A DNA stretch of 64,000 bases from a virus (taxonomy: Duplodnaviria > Caudoviricetes): IMG/VR virus record IMGVR_UViG_3300020049_008087, positions 21,183 to 85,182 of that record. The stretch is one strand, 5' to 3'. The notes beneath the pieces were generated by a model, which saw only the letters and a list, made by a program, of their open reading frames with translations, searched no databases and was not told the DNA's origin. The translations under genes were made by a program, and so were the position numbers. Below are positions 27,191 to 35,931 of this stretch, piece after piece (the first letter of the stretch is position 1; every line of letters begins with the position of its first letter).

Positions 27191-27490
27191 TTATAGCCAA
27201 GTGAGTGCAAATAGTGTGTATGCTTCTGGTGTCATATATATTCTCTTAAGACCGTCCACTGAGTGCCAGGCCCATTTGGCAGTGCAGTATTCATCAAGTT
27301 GTAGTGCAAATTCTCTTTCCATTCCAGGTCCCAGTGAATCATGGAACCACTGCCTAAATTTAATATAAGACTTGATCTTTGCATTGAACGAAGGGAATCC
27401 ACGCGGTGACTGTACCACATAATGGCTAAACATACCAATGCCGGTATGCCTGTTGTCCATCTTGGTAACTTTTAATTCTTTGCCGGTCAT
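27191..27490 (-). CDS. Family B member
   Basis: WFHDSLG; ends YTLFALTWL. Confidence 0.7.
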   Translation of the reverse strand: MTGKELKVTKMDNRHTGIGMFSHYVVQSPRGFPSFNAKIKSYIKFRQWFHDSLGPGMEREFALQLDEYCTAKWAWHSVDGLKRIYMTPEAYTLFALTWL

Positions 27491-27491
27491 G

Positions 27492-27731
27492 TCAACTCCA
27501 CCTCAATGCAGTTACCATGATATCGTTGGGAGCATTTTTCCAAATTCTTACGCCGTGGTCGATTGTAGATTCTGTATAATCTTTACCGGAACAGGTTTCT
27601 TCGTGGGATTGGGTACACCAAAACCAAGTAACTTCTTCTTCAGGTTTACCAAATTTTTCAATCATCCAATCACATATTTGCTTGAATTCTTTATAGTATG
27701 TACGCTCATTAATAGAAATCCTTACGCTCAT
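27492..27731 (-). CDS. Family B member
   Basis: WMIEKFG; ends TALRWS. Confidence 0.7.
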   Translation of the reverse strand: MSVRISINERTYYKEFKQICDWMIEKFGKPEEEVTWFWCTQSHEETCSGKDYTESTIDHGVRIWKNAPNDIMVTALRWS

Positions 27732-27925
27732 TATGACCACCTCAATATAAACCAACTTTTCTTTTTGTCATCATCAAATATAAACTCTGAAATAGCGGCA
27801 TTGAATACTGCACCGTGTTCCTTTTTTAACCAAGTCTCAATGCCCATGCATTTGGTTTCAATTTCCCAATGTATATTATCATAGTAGTAATCACAAATTT
27901 TATGCCAGGTGTCAGAATGATTCAT
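27731..27925 (-). CDS. Family B member
   Basis: WLKKEHG; ends FIFDDDKKKSWFILRWS. Confidence 0.75.
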   Translation of the reverse strand: MNHSDTWHKICDYYYDNIHWEIETKCMGIETWLKKEHGAVFNAAISEFIFDDDKKKSWFILRWS

Positions 27926-28155
27926 CGTGTTAGCTCGTCCAATACCAGTTGCTTAGCACGTTCATCAAGGAACCGTTCTTCCGCCTCAGCGATGTCTCTT
28001 GCCTGATTTTCTATCCACTCTACAATTTCTTCCCTACCCTTTGCAGTAAACTTACTGTACTCTTTGCCTATTGAACTGGTGTAGTATATGTTGGGATTTT
28101 TGAGTAACTCGGTTAGTCCACCGTAGAATGCATCCTTTAGTGTATCTCTGCGCAT
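27922..28155 (-). CDS. Hypothetical protein
   Basis: AGGA RBS after the exonuclease stop; start MRRDTL. Confidence 0.6.
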   Translation of the reverse strand: MRRDTLKDAFYGGLTELLKNPNIYYTSSIGKEYSKFTAKGREEIVEWIENQARDIAEAEERFLDERAKQLVLDELTR

Positions 28156-28166
28156 CTGAGTATATC

Positions 28167-29174
28167 CTATTTTGAATTTGTTAAGCAACCTACGTAAGGC
28201 GAGTTTAACCATTTTGCATATGTCTCCGCTTGTTCACTGATTTTAGTAAGTTCATATTTGCCACACAGTTTCATAAAGTGCATGCCCACTTGTGTGGTAG
28301 AGGTAGTGCGTACTCCATTAATAATAGCATCATCAACCAATTGCTTGATTTCATCAGGCTGTGCGGTCAAGTCAATCAGTATGCGATTGCGCTCATAATC
28401 ATCCTTAACACGATGCTCTACGCCATGGTGATCTGTCCACTTTTGCAGCATGACATTGTTCCAATTAAATCCTTGTTTGGTACGATCAGCATAGGCCTCA
28501 GTCAAGCCAACTTTATTCTTGGTACCTTTCTCACGTACTCCCGGATATGCACTGAACACATTGTCACTACTGTCACCACGCATACATTTCATAAACAAGT
28601 GCCACTGAGGATCACCCAACAGCTTGGGCTCCTTAGTTTTCTTGTCAATGACTAATTTGCCTTTATCGTCAAAGTAGCCCTGGGGTGTGATAAGTTGGTT
28701 GGAGATGCCATTATATTGGAAGACATTATCAGATATAAGCTGGATGTAATCAGTGTCGCTACTAATAATATAAATTTGATCATTGGGATGTAAGTGTACA
28801 AATCTGCCGATGACATCATCGGCTTCTGCTCGTTCTTGTCTAAGGACGCTGCAATTGGTTTTTTCTTTGAGATAGGTAATGAACATATCATACGTTTCCC
28901 AAAACATAGTATTTTCTTCAACCTCAGCTTGGGTCTGAGATTGTTCGTCAACTATGCGATTTTTCTTGTAGGGCAAATAGTGGTCCTTGCGCCATGACCT
29001 ACCCTCGGTGCAGAACACCACATGGTCAACTCCAAACTTTCTTACAATTTGATTGACACTGGCAAATGTCAAGTGCAATGCCATGCCAATCTTTTCCCAA
29101 GTGTCAGTGTTGCGACTGGCCACATGCCGGGCACGAAAGAAAGTGTTTGCTGTGTCAATGAGTGCGTATTTCAT
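28167..29174 (-). CDS. rnh: 5'-3' exonuclease / T4 RNase H-like flap endonuclease
   Basis: LIDTAN, EADDVIG, SSDTDYIQL, GDSSDNV (FEN/PIN acidic motifs). Confidence 0.9.
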   Translation of the reverse strand: MKYALIDTANTFFRARHVASRNTDTWEKIGMALHLTFASVNQIVRKFGVDHVVFCTEGRSWRKDHYLPYKKNRIVDEQSQTQAEVEENTMFWETYDMFITYLKEKTNCSVLRQERAEADDVIGRFVHLHPNDQIYIISSDTDYIQLISDNVFQYNGISNQLITPQGYFDDKGKLVIDKKTKEPKLLGDPQWHLFMKCMRGDSSDNVFSAYPGVREKGTKNKVGLTEAYADRTKQGFNWNNVMLQKWTDHHGVEHRVKDDYERNRILIDLTAQPDEIKQLVDDAIINGVRTTSTTQVGMHFMKLCGKYELTKISEQAETYAKWLNSPYVGCLTNSK

Positions 29175-29226
29175 GTGATCCTAAATTATTAGTAGGTGTA
29201 TATTATAGCATTAATTTTACTAATTG

Positions 29227-29493
29227 TCAAGCCTTGTATGATTGATAACTGCGGATTTTGCTTTGACGATCAGTGTGATTAGTTTTAAACTTGACATCAT
29301 AGCCCAGCTTAGTGAGTGAACTTATCAATGTGCTAAGATCGCAATCTTCTTCCAAAAACGCATTGACACCCTTTTGATACGAATAAGAAGATATCTGATT
29401 AGCAATGCCCAGTTTGGTTAGGCGTGCTTTTGGAAACCGAGCCCAACCGTGACCAGGATCTTCAAAAATTTGCAGAGTTATTGTACGGTTCAT
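29227..29493 (-). CDS. Hypothetical protein (DPGHGW...LEEDCD family)
   Basis: Own TTGACA-17-TATAAT promoter (29523-29551) and AAGGAG RBS. Confidence 0.7.
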   Translation of the reverse strand: MNRTITLQIFEDPGHGWARFPKARLTKLGIANQISSYSYQKGVNAFLEEDCDLSTLISSLTKLGYDVKFKTNHTDRQSKIRSYQSYKA

Positions 29494-29553
29494 TTCGGCT
29501 CCTTATTGTTTACGATGCACATATTATAGCACCATTTGGATTTGGTGTCAATA

Positions 29554-29757
29554 CTAAAATGCTTCGCACATGTTGGGAAATTTTCCTGTTTCTTCAAGTA
29601 TACGCACAGCACGAAATCCTGCCCACAGTGCATCAGCTTCGGTGGGAAACACGTAGGCGGATTCAAACTCCCCAGACTTATTTTGCATTTCTAACAACAC
29701 AGACCATTTATCTCTTGTTGGGCTATATTTTGCATCAGAAACTTTTGCTTTAGACAT
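29554..29757 (-). CDS. Early hypothetical protein
   Basis: Behind promoter cassette copy 5. Confidence 0.7.
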   Translation of the reverse strand: MSKAKVSDAKYSPTRDKWSVLLEMQNKSGEFESAYVFPTEADALWAGFRAVRILEETGKFPNMCEAF

Positions 29758-29815
29758 TGTGTTCTCCTTTTTCAGTGTATGTGTACATTATACACCCAAA
29801 AGGAATTACTGTCAA
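29758..29815 (-). promoter_or_regulatory. Strong sigma70 early promoter cassette, copy 5
   Basis: TTGACAGTAATTCCTTTTGGGTG-TATAAT-GTACACATACACTGAAAAAGGAG. Confidence 0.85.
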
Positions 29816-29846
29816 CCGAAAAATGTTGCTAAAAAACAACATATAA

Positions 29847-30428
29847 CTACGAAAAATTACTATCCCAAACTGTTTTTGGTGTGTGTCCGTTTCTGTAGTG
29901 TTTGGACCGTGAGGGGTCTTGCACGTTGAGATAGGGCAAACGCCCCTTCTTGTCTTTGTATTGCATTGCCAATGTGCCTTCTGCCCATCCTGTGGCCTTA
30001 GGTTCGTCTGAGGGTAAAATGTCTGCTGCTATCATTCTCTTAGATACATCCCAAACTGCTATTACAATGGAATTTTTATCAATGGCTGCTGGTATTTGTT
30101 TTCGCGGAATTAGAAAATTAGCTATTCCCATCCAAAAATCTGAACCGTTTGAACTTCTCACTGGTTCTTCTTGCCAGCCCGGCATCCATGCCAGTTGCCG
30201 AGTAATTCTTTCTCCAACCTGATATTCTCTGGTTTCCCCAAGTGAAGGAGAACTCATGCCCACTTTTAAGAAATCATAAGTTATAGGGGAGTCTTTAAAA
30301 CACATACCATATACATACGAGTTTTTTATTTTATTAGACCGCATGAGGGTGTATATGTCTTTGCAATTCCTAATGGAACTACAATCGATTGCAAAATCAG
30401 GGTTATATAACTTGATATCATCAAACAT
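29847..30428 (-). CDS. Hypothetical protein, possible divergent GIY-YIG superfamily nuclease
   Basis: YVYG...LKVGMS...ERI.RQ...EG.L...Y...P.LN pattern. Confidence 0.45.
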   Translation of the reverse strand: MFDDIKLYNPDFAIDCSSIRNCKDIYTLMRSNKIKNSYVYGMCFKDSPITYDFLKVGMSSPSLGETREYQVGERITRQLAWMPGWQEEPVRSSNGSDFWMGIANFLIPRKQIPAAIDKNSIVIAVWDVSKRMIAADILPSDEPKATGWAEGTLAMQYKDKKGRLPYLNVQDPSRSKHYRNGHTPKTVWDSNFS

Positions 30429-30857
30429 TTAACTTACCTCCGTACGGCCGCCACCGATATCTCTTGTAGATATGGGACGGATGAATTCACGATTGGCAGG
30501 ATCGGCCTGTTCTTGCTCATACACTTCCAGTGCTATGTTGCGACACACTGTTTGGAACCAACGGTCAATGATCACATTGTCCTTGTCATCCTCTTTTAGT
30601 TTATATCCAGCCTTGATTAAATTGAGTAGAAACTTATCATTCCAATCCAATTCAAACGCACCATTGTTGATATTGTTTGGATCAATGTCTACTCTGAGTA
30701 TTGACACATATGGTTCGCCAGCAGCAGTGGCCTTGTCTTTTTCAGACGGCTCTGCCTTTTCTTGCTTGACCTTAACTCGCTTGACAACAGGTGCTGCCTC
30801 TTTAACTGGATCAGAGTTAGTCTTCTTTGAAAACAAGTTTTTTAGTTTGTTCAACAT
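30429..30857 (-). CDS. Conserved phage hypothetical protein (GAFELDWND.F...GY...IDRWF..VC)
   Basis: ORF track. Confidence 0.7.
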   Translation of the reverse strand: MLNKLKNLFSKKTNSDPVKEAAPVVKRVKVKQEKAEPSEKDKATAAGEPYVSILRVDIDPNNINNGAFELDWNDKFLLNLIKAGYKLKEDDKDNVIIDRWFQTVCRNIALEVYEQEQADPANREFIRPISTRDIGGGRTEVS

Positions 30858-31884
30858 TAGTTTTTACCTTATTTAAGTATGTATCATGCAAAGTAAAGCT
30901 GGCAAGATTTTTACCTTTGCTCTCGCACATTATATCAAATTGATCATTGAATGTCAATGCCCAATCGTTAACTGCATCATTCCAGTAAAAATTACTGTGT
31001 GCCCTAAGCTTCTGTTTCTTGTGACCTTCCAGTAACAATTGATCCAGATTGGGCATATGTGCAGCAGAGTGCCCAACTAGTATATCCTCATGACTGGTCG
31101 AGAAGTGCATAGTGGGTCGGACACCACGCCATGAATCAATCACACGTTTACATCTATCGTCGGTGGCTTGAATGTACTCTCCTGTACGGACCCAGTGATG
31201 GTGTATGTCGAGGACGAGGGCACAATGACTGGCGAGTTCAAGGCTGGATTCAATTCCCCAGGAGTTTTCGTCGTTTTCGATTGTGATGCAGTTTCTTGCT
31301 TCGGGGCTGAGTCTTGGGATAACGTCGATGATTCCCTGAGGCCCTTGTTTTCCACTGATGTGAACATTGATTTTAAAATCTTGGAATTGCTCACCATATC
31401 CCATGTATCTTGCCATGTCTGCATGATATTCAAACTCCTCTATTGATCGTTCAACAATATTTTGATTGACACTGGCCAACACTGTAAATTGACCTGGGTG
31501 CATACTAAGTCTAACATCATTTGCTCTGGCTGATTCACCAACCAGAGCAAACAGGTGTTCCATTCTGTTTACTACGTCGGCCTGTTTCCAAAAATCATTA
31601 AATTCAGGCACGGTATAGAAACTCAGTATGTCGCTGCTAAGACGAACCATTCTGAGTTCAGGTGCAAGCGTACCAACTAGATTCACCAGGTTCAGTGTGT
31701 TGGTAATATTGCGTTCCATTATGTCATATATCTTTTGCTCGGCCACAGCACGTGTTTGTCGTTTAGCCCAAGTGAGTGTGGTGCCACCAGTGTTGAGTCC
31801 TTCACTGCTGACTACCTCGTTCTTGTGATTTACTTCTGCCCATTTACAAGCAAAGCCTATGCGTTTGATATTTTGATTGGTCAT
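30817..31884 (-). CDS. uvsE: UV DNA damage endonuclease (UvsE/UVDE)
   Basis: RIGFAC, VRLSSD, RLSMHPGQF, NVH, TIEND, VLDIHHH, RAHS, DIMCESK.KNLA. Confidence 0.92.
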   Translation of the reverse strand: MTNQNIKRIGFACKWAEVNHKNEVVSSEGLNTGGTTLTWAKRQTRAVAEQKIYDIMERNITNTLNLVNLVGTLAPELRMVRLSSDILSFYTVPEFNDFWKQADVVNRMEHLFALVGESARANDVRLSMHPGQFTVLASVNQNIVERSIEEFEYHADMARYMGYGEQFQDFKINVHISGKQGPQGIIDVIPRLSPEARNCITIENDENSWGIESSLELASHCALVLDIHHHWVRTGEYIQATDDRCKRVIDSWRGVRPTMHFSTSHEDILVGHSAAHMPNLDQLLLEGHKKQKLRAHSNFYWNDAVNDWALTFNDQFDIMCESKGKNLASFTLHDTYLNKVKTNVEQTKKLVFKED

Positions 31885-31927
31885 GTGTTGTGTCAAAGTG
31901 GTTATCGTGTAGCATTGTATCATACTA

Positions 31928-32152
31928 TCAATTTATTGTCAACTCTATCCAAACAAGATATTTTGGGTCATCCGTTTCCAAGTGCCACGCACCATCGTAC
32001 AAATATACTCTCCAACCCACACCACCAAACTGGTTGTGTAACCAATATTTTCTGGGTGAAATGTTATCCTCACACCAATGCTTAACCTCGTGTATGTTGT
32101 TTTTGTTGGATAATTTTATGCTGGCTTTGTTTGGTGTTACTGGTATTATCAA
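31928..32152 (-). CDS. Small protein, likely a distant family B member
   Basis: HWCEDNI core; D.KYLVWIEL end. Confidence 0.55.
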   Translation of the reverse strand: MIIPVTPNKASIKLSNKNNIHEVKHWCEDNISPRKYWLHNQFGGVGWRVYLYDGAWHLETDDPKYLVWIELTIN

Positions 32153-32159
32153 TGGAGAC

Positions 32160-33257
32160 CTAACTGTTTAGATTGGTTAGTACACCTCTTGCACTAAAGA
32201 AGCGTTCAGCTAAGTCCTGCGCTTGCCTGCCAATGCTGGGCAAGCTGGTGTGATAATTGTCCATGTGCTGAATAATCTCCATACACAGGCTACGACGATA
32301 TACAGTATACGCCTCCCAGCTTTCAGTCCATTCACTGGGATACTTGAAAGCGCCCCAGTACATTTCTGTATAGCTGAGTCTGTCTGGCACCATGGGAATT
32401 GCATCAACCACTGCACCCTCATAGCAACTGATACCCAGTGTCTCCTGCAAGTTGGCACTGAACACCATCTTTGCTTGACCTAACAGTGTATGATACTCAT
32501 GCTTGGTTAACTGTTGGTCTTGACATACTACAAATTCATATTGTGGCAGAGATATTGCCAAGTCTCGGAATATTTCAACTTGCTTCTCTGGTGCAATTCT
32601 GTGAGGGAACAAGATCAGGTCACGCTTGGGCATACCCTTGTAGTCAGCCAGTGTATCCTGTGTGTATTCCATGGGCCAACCAGTGCGTACAATCTTGCCG
32701 CTATCATATCGCTCTTGCCAGTCTTGATGCCACCAGGGATTCTCACTTGTGTAGCCATCATTGAGCAATTGTTTCATAAACAAGTGAACGTGAAATTCTG
32801 TGGCAAAGTAGTTGTGATCAAATGCATGGTAGAAACTTTTCTCAGCATGTCTGACCCAGGGCTTCTTACCAACCAATCTACCCAAGAAATCTTGTGGGTC
32901 ATAACTGCCGGCATGCCATAAGCCATGTGTAATTACTGGGATACCCAACAACTCACTCATATACTTCAAGTTTATGATACCAGGATGCCAAGCATCAGTA
33001 AACAAGAAATGATCACCAGGCTTGACCGTTCCCTCACAAAACAGTCTGCTCATTTGTTCAACTTGACTGGCCTTGTATATGTTGGTGCCGCCAAAGTTAA
33101 GGAAAGCACCAGGAGTAGTGGCAGTGGGTATATCAGTGGGACCAGATATAACATGAACCGCGTGTCCATTATCCTTGAGCAATTTCGGCACATGGCTTTT
33201 CCATTCGCCTGTGTATCGGCTGTCAACTGCCTCTAGATCAACTAAGAATATTGTCAT
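32160..33257 (-). CDS. GT-B fold glycosyltransferase (GT4-like)
   Basis: LILFPHRIAPEKQ, YH.LL...K.VFS...QETLGIS..E...DAIP..PD..SY.E nucleotide-sugar-binding half. Confidence 0.8.
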   Translation of the reverse strand: MTIFLVDLEAVDSRYTGEWKSHVPKLLKDNGHAVHVISGPTDIPTATTPGAFLNFGGTNIYKASQVEQMSRLFCEGTVKPGDHFLFTDAWHPGIINLKYMSELLGIPVITHGLWHAGSYDPQDFLGRLVGKKPWVRHAEKSFYHAFDHNYFATEFHVHLFMKQLLNDGYTSENPWWHQDWQERYDSGKIVRTGWPMEYTQDTLADYKGMPKRDLILFPHRIAPEKQVEIFRDLAISLPQYEFVVCQDQQLTKHEYHTLLGQAKMVFSANLQETLGISCYEGAVVDAIPMVPDRLSYTEMYWGAFKYPSEWTESWEAYTVYRRSLCMEIIQHMDNYHTSLPSIGRQAQDLAERFFSARGVLTNLNS

Positions 33258-33263
33258 TGATTG

Positions 33264-33413
33264 TTATCCAACAGTTGTGTTGCGCAATTCCATATACGCC
33301 TCAATTGATTTGATCAGTTCTAATAAACTGGGTTCTGGATTGTACATTGCACGTTTTCTAAGATAGGGTAACGACTGCTCCAGTAGCTGTGCAGTTAGTT
33401 CTAGTTCTCTCAT
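33264..33413 (-). CDS. 49-aa hypothetical protein, not in ORF track
   Basis: Manual translation; ATGA-coupled. Confidence 0.5.
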   Translation of the reverse strand: MRELELTAQLLEQSLPYLRKRAMYNPEPSLLELIKSIEAYMELRNTTVG

Positions 33414-33664
33414 CTGGGGTTTCCTTTTAAAATTTCAGTCAAGTGCTCCTGCTGTGTACGCCATCTGGCTTCAACTACCGGTTCACTGGGAATGCCAAAC
33501 CATGTGGTGCTGCCACGATATGCCTTGGTGAGCCAAATAATTTTGTTAGTCACATCTGATCTAACTGGTAACCAACAAAAGGTCAATTTCCAATATGCTC
33601 TAGCATAAAATTCCTTGTCTTTGGTCATCTCAATCCAATCGTAGGACCAATTGGTGCCCATCAT
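33410..33664 (-). CDS. Hypothetical protein (FCWLPV...IWL..AY family)
   Basis: ATGA overlap with the queE stop. Confidence 0.65.
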   Translation of the reverse strand: MMGTNWSYDWIEMTKDKEFYARAYWKLTFCWLPVRSDVTNKIIWLTKAYRGSTTWFGIPSEPVVEARWRTQQEHLTEILKGNPR

Positions 33665-34503
33665 GTGCCCCAGTGGTTTTTGAACAGTGGCACCTGAAGT
33701 CTATCACTGTAACGCCAGCCTTTTTGCATTGCCAATTCTGCCACCTTACGATTGTTCAAACAGTATACGCTTTCTACTCCACCAACAGGCATCAAGTACA
33801 CATATCCCTTGAATCCTGCCGCACGATATTCTGCTACTGCCAGTTCTGCTTCTTCAACGTCTGCTTGATTGGCCACTACGAATTTAAGATAGGTGTTACC
33901 AAACCATTCGTACATGTCAACTATCCCTGGTACGATAGCATCAGACCAGGCCTCACCCGACACTGACAGCTTGGGAGAAACTGAAAATGTAAGATTGTTT
34001 TTTCTAGTTGATGTCCAATTTCTGTACAAGTATTTTCTAAAGTCCTCAGATAATTCTTGAGTGCCATTTGTTTCAAATGTAAGTTCAGCCAGATTCTTCA
34101 TCTTATCATGGTTCAACAAGTCAGGATAACTGCGCTGCCAACCCAACAAAGGCTCACCACCTGTGATAACTAGATGTTCATCACGCCATTCTTTATGTGG
34201 CAACATGTCTATAATACGCTCTGCAATAGCATCTGATTCAACCACAGGACTCAAATCTTTGAATCGTGGATCCCAGCTGGCATAACTATCACAGCCAGTT
34301 GATACCAGTGGTAACGAATTGTATGACGTATAGTTCTCTGGAGTGATGTACACTGCCTCTGTGCTCTTTTCACCTTTGGGCATACCAAAACCACTACAAG
34401 TAAAGTTACAACCAAATGTGCGAAGGAACACACTGGGAACTCCCATGTATCTGCCCTCACCCTGAATACTATAGAACAGTTCTGCTACTTTAATTTTACT
34501 CAT
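33661..34503 (-). CDS. queE: 7-carboxy-7-deazaguanine synthase (radical SAM)
   Basis: ELFYSIQGEG...VFLRTFGCNFTC...GCDS, ITGGEP, FETNGT, SVSPKL, KFVV, YLMP. Confidence 0.92.
   Translation of the reverse strand: MSKIKVAELFYSIQGEGRYMGVPSVFLRTFGCNFTCSGFGMPKGEKSTEAVYITPENYTSYNSLPLVSTGCDSYASWDPRFKDLSPVVESDAIAERIIDMLPHKEWRDEHLVITGGEPLLGWQRSYPDLLNHDKMKNLAELTFETNGTQELSEDFRKYLYRNWTSTRKNNLTFSVSPKLSVSGEAWSDAIVPGIVDMYEWFGNTYLKFVVANQADVEEAELAVAEYRAAGFKGYVYLMPVGGVESVYCLNNRKVAELAMQKGWRYSDRLQVPLFKNHWGT
34461..34503 (-). repeat. 43-bp direct repeat, copy 1 (first 14 codons of queE)
   Basis: ATGAGTAAAATTAAAGTAGCAGAACTGTTCTATAGTATTCAGG, identical to 35341..35383. Confidence 0.95.
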
Positions 34504-35383
34504 TTTTTGTTTTTCCTTTAAGACCTTTATTCCAAGGTATTTTTCCTTTGCTAGATGCACTAATTTTTTTCTTAGTATCGTCTGAAAGTGGCTTTCTTTT
34601 CCCTTTCCTAGATTCACTCATTTTTTTCTTAGTTTCTTCAGAGTGTTTCCATCCTAACCTACTAAATTTTTCTTTTTGATATTCAGTTAATCTTTTACCA
34701 CAATGTGCTTCACTGATTTTTCTGTTGTGTTCTTCTGAGTTAGGTTTTCCTTTCCTAAACACACTCATTTTTTGTTTAGCCTCTTCAGTATGGTTTTTAC
34801 CACGCATTGACCCACCGTGTTCTTTTATATGAAGAACTATTTTTTCTCGTTGTTCTTCGGTCCATTTGTGCCCGGACTTTCCTTTCCTAGCTAGACTTGA
34901 ATTTTTTCTATGTTCTTCGGTTTGTTTCCTGCCTTTCATAGCGATGCTCATTTTTTTCCGTTGCTGCTCGGAAGGAACTCTTCCGGTCATTGCCTCTGCT
35001 TGTATTTTCACGACTTCAGGTTTAATTTTTTCGTATACTCTGCTTGTTATAGCTGTGGAATATCTTTTTTGATTATCATGATTTATTGCTTTCATAAAAC
35101 TTAATGCTCTATACATCTTGCTACGAAATACACCAAATGGAAGCATTTTCACTAGCAACCAATGGCATATAAAATGTTCTCTTGCAGTAAGTTTTACGAT
35201 ATTTATTTTCTTATTGCTACCACCAAAACTTCTAGGAAAAATATGATGTTTTTCATAATAAGTGTCTTCCGGTAATGATCTTGTTTGGGCGCGAACAACA
35301 AGTTGTTCATACCATCTACTATACTTACTTTCAGTGAAATCCTGAATACTATAGAACAGTTCTGCTACTTTAATTTTACTCAT
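34496..35383 (-). CDS. HNH homing endonuclease with multiple NUMOD3 repeats, fused to a copy of the QueE N-terminus
   Basis: YEKHHIFPRSFGGSN...NIVKLTAREHFICHWLL; repeated H(S/T)EE.K.KMS...KG. Confidence 0.9.
   Translation of the reverse strand: MSKIKVAELFYSIQDFTESKYSRWYEQLVVRAQTRSLPEDTYYEKHHIFPRSFGGSNKKINIVKLTAREHFICHWLLVKMLPFGVFRSKMYRALSFMKAINHDNQKRYSTAITSRVYEKIKPEVVKIQAEAMTGRVPSEQQRKKMSIAMKGRKQTEEHRKNSSLARKGKSGHKWTEEQREKIVLHIKEHGGSMRGKNHTEEAKQKMSVFRKGKPNSEEHNRKISEAHCGKRLTEYQKEKFSRLGWKHSEETKKKMSESRKGKRKPLSDDTKKKISASSKGKIPWNKGLKGKTKNE
34504..35383 (-). mobile_element. Homing endonuclease insertion unit at the queE start
   Basis: 880-bp unit bounded by a 43-bp direct repeat. Confidence 0.75.
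35341..35383 (-). repeat. 43-bp direct repeat, copy 2 (start of the HNH gene)
   Basis: Identical to 34461..34503. Confidence 0.95.
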
Positions 35384-35930
35384 CTCCGCACCAACTTTCC
35401 CAAGGAAATACAATCCAACCTGGATCGTTTACTTCATTAACTTCTGTACCTGAATATCTGACATTGATTTCGCTCTTGCTTGATTCTTTGTTGTACAGTG
35501 TTGCCACTCTCACATTGCTGTCCCATACCACATTCCATGCATGGTGTTGAGGGAAACAACTGGATTGCCAATCCATTTTGATCCAATTGAGTGTGGCACC
35601 TGTGTCATTGATATCGTCAACAATCAGGATATTTTTCTTGCAGCTGGGATCAACAGTGGTTCCAGAATCACCTCGTTGATCAAATGGTATATACCCAATT
35701 GCATTTTCTGCCATCCAACAATTGCTCTCGCACTCAGAGTCATCTCGCAAACTCACTTTCAATGTTTGCATTTTACAGTTAAACCAGTTGCTTAGCAACA
35801 CGGCTGGTACAAGTCCACCTCGTGTAATACCCACTATGTAATCGGGTACCCATTGATCTCGGCTGATCTGCTTGGCTATGTTTAAACAAAGCATTTCAAC
35901 CTCTCCATAATTAACGTATGTTTTCTTCAT
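35376..35930 (-). CDS. Type I phosphoribosyltransferase (xanthine/guanine PRTase-like)
   Basis: IVGITRGGLVPA, ILIVDDINDTGAT (PRPP-binding loop), WIVFPWE. Confidence 0.88.
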   Translation of the reverse strand: MKKTYVNYGEVEMLCLNIAKQISRDQWVPDYIVGITRGGLVPAVLLSNWFNCKMQTLKVSLRDDSECESNCWMAENAIGYIPFDQRGDSGTTVDPSCKKNILIVDDINDTGATLNWIKMDWQSSCFPQHHAWNVVWDSNVRVATLYNKESSKSEINVRYSGTEVNEVNDPGWIVFPWESWCGDE

Positions 35931-35931
35931 G

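Noticed and set aside
34496-35383. HNH gene as a group I intron ORF or intein in queE
   Set aside because: queE is complete downstream with its own duplicated start. There is no room for, or sign of, intron core elements or intein termini.
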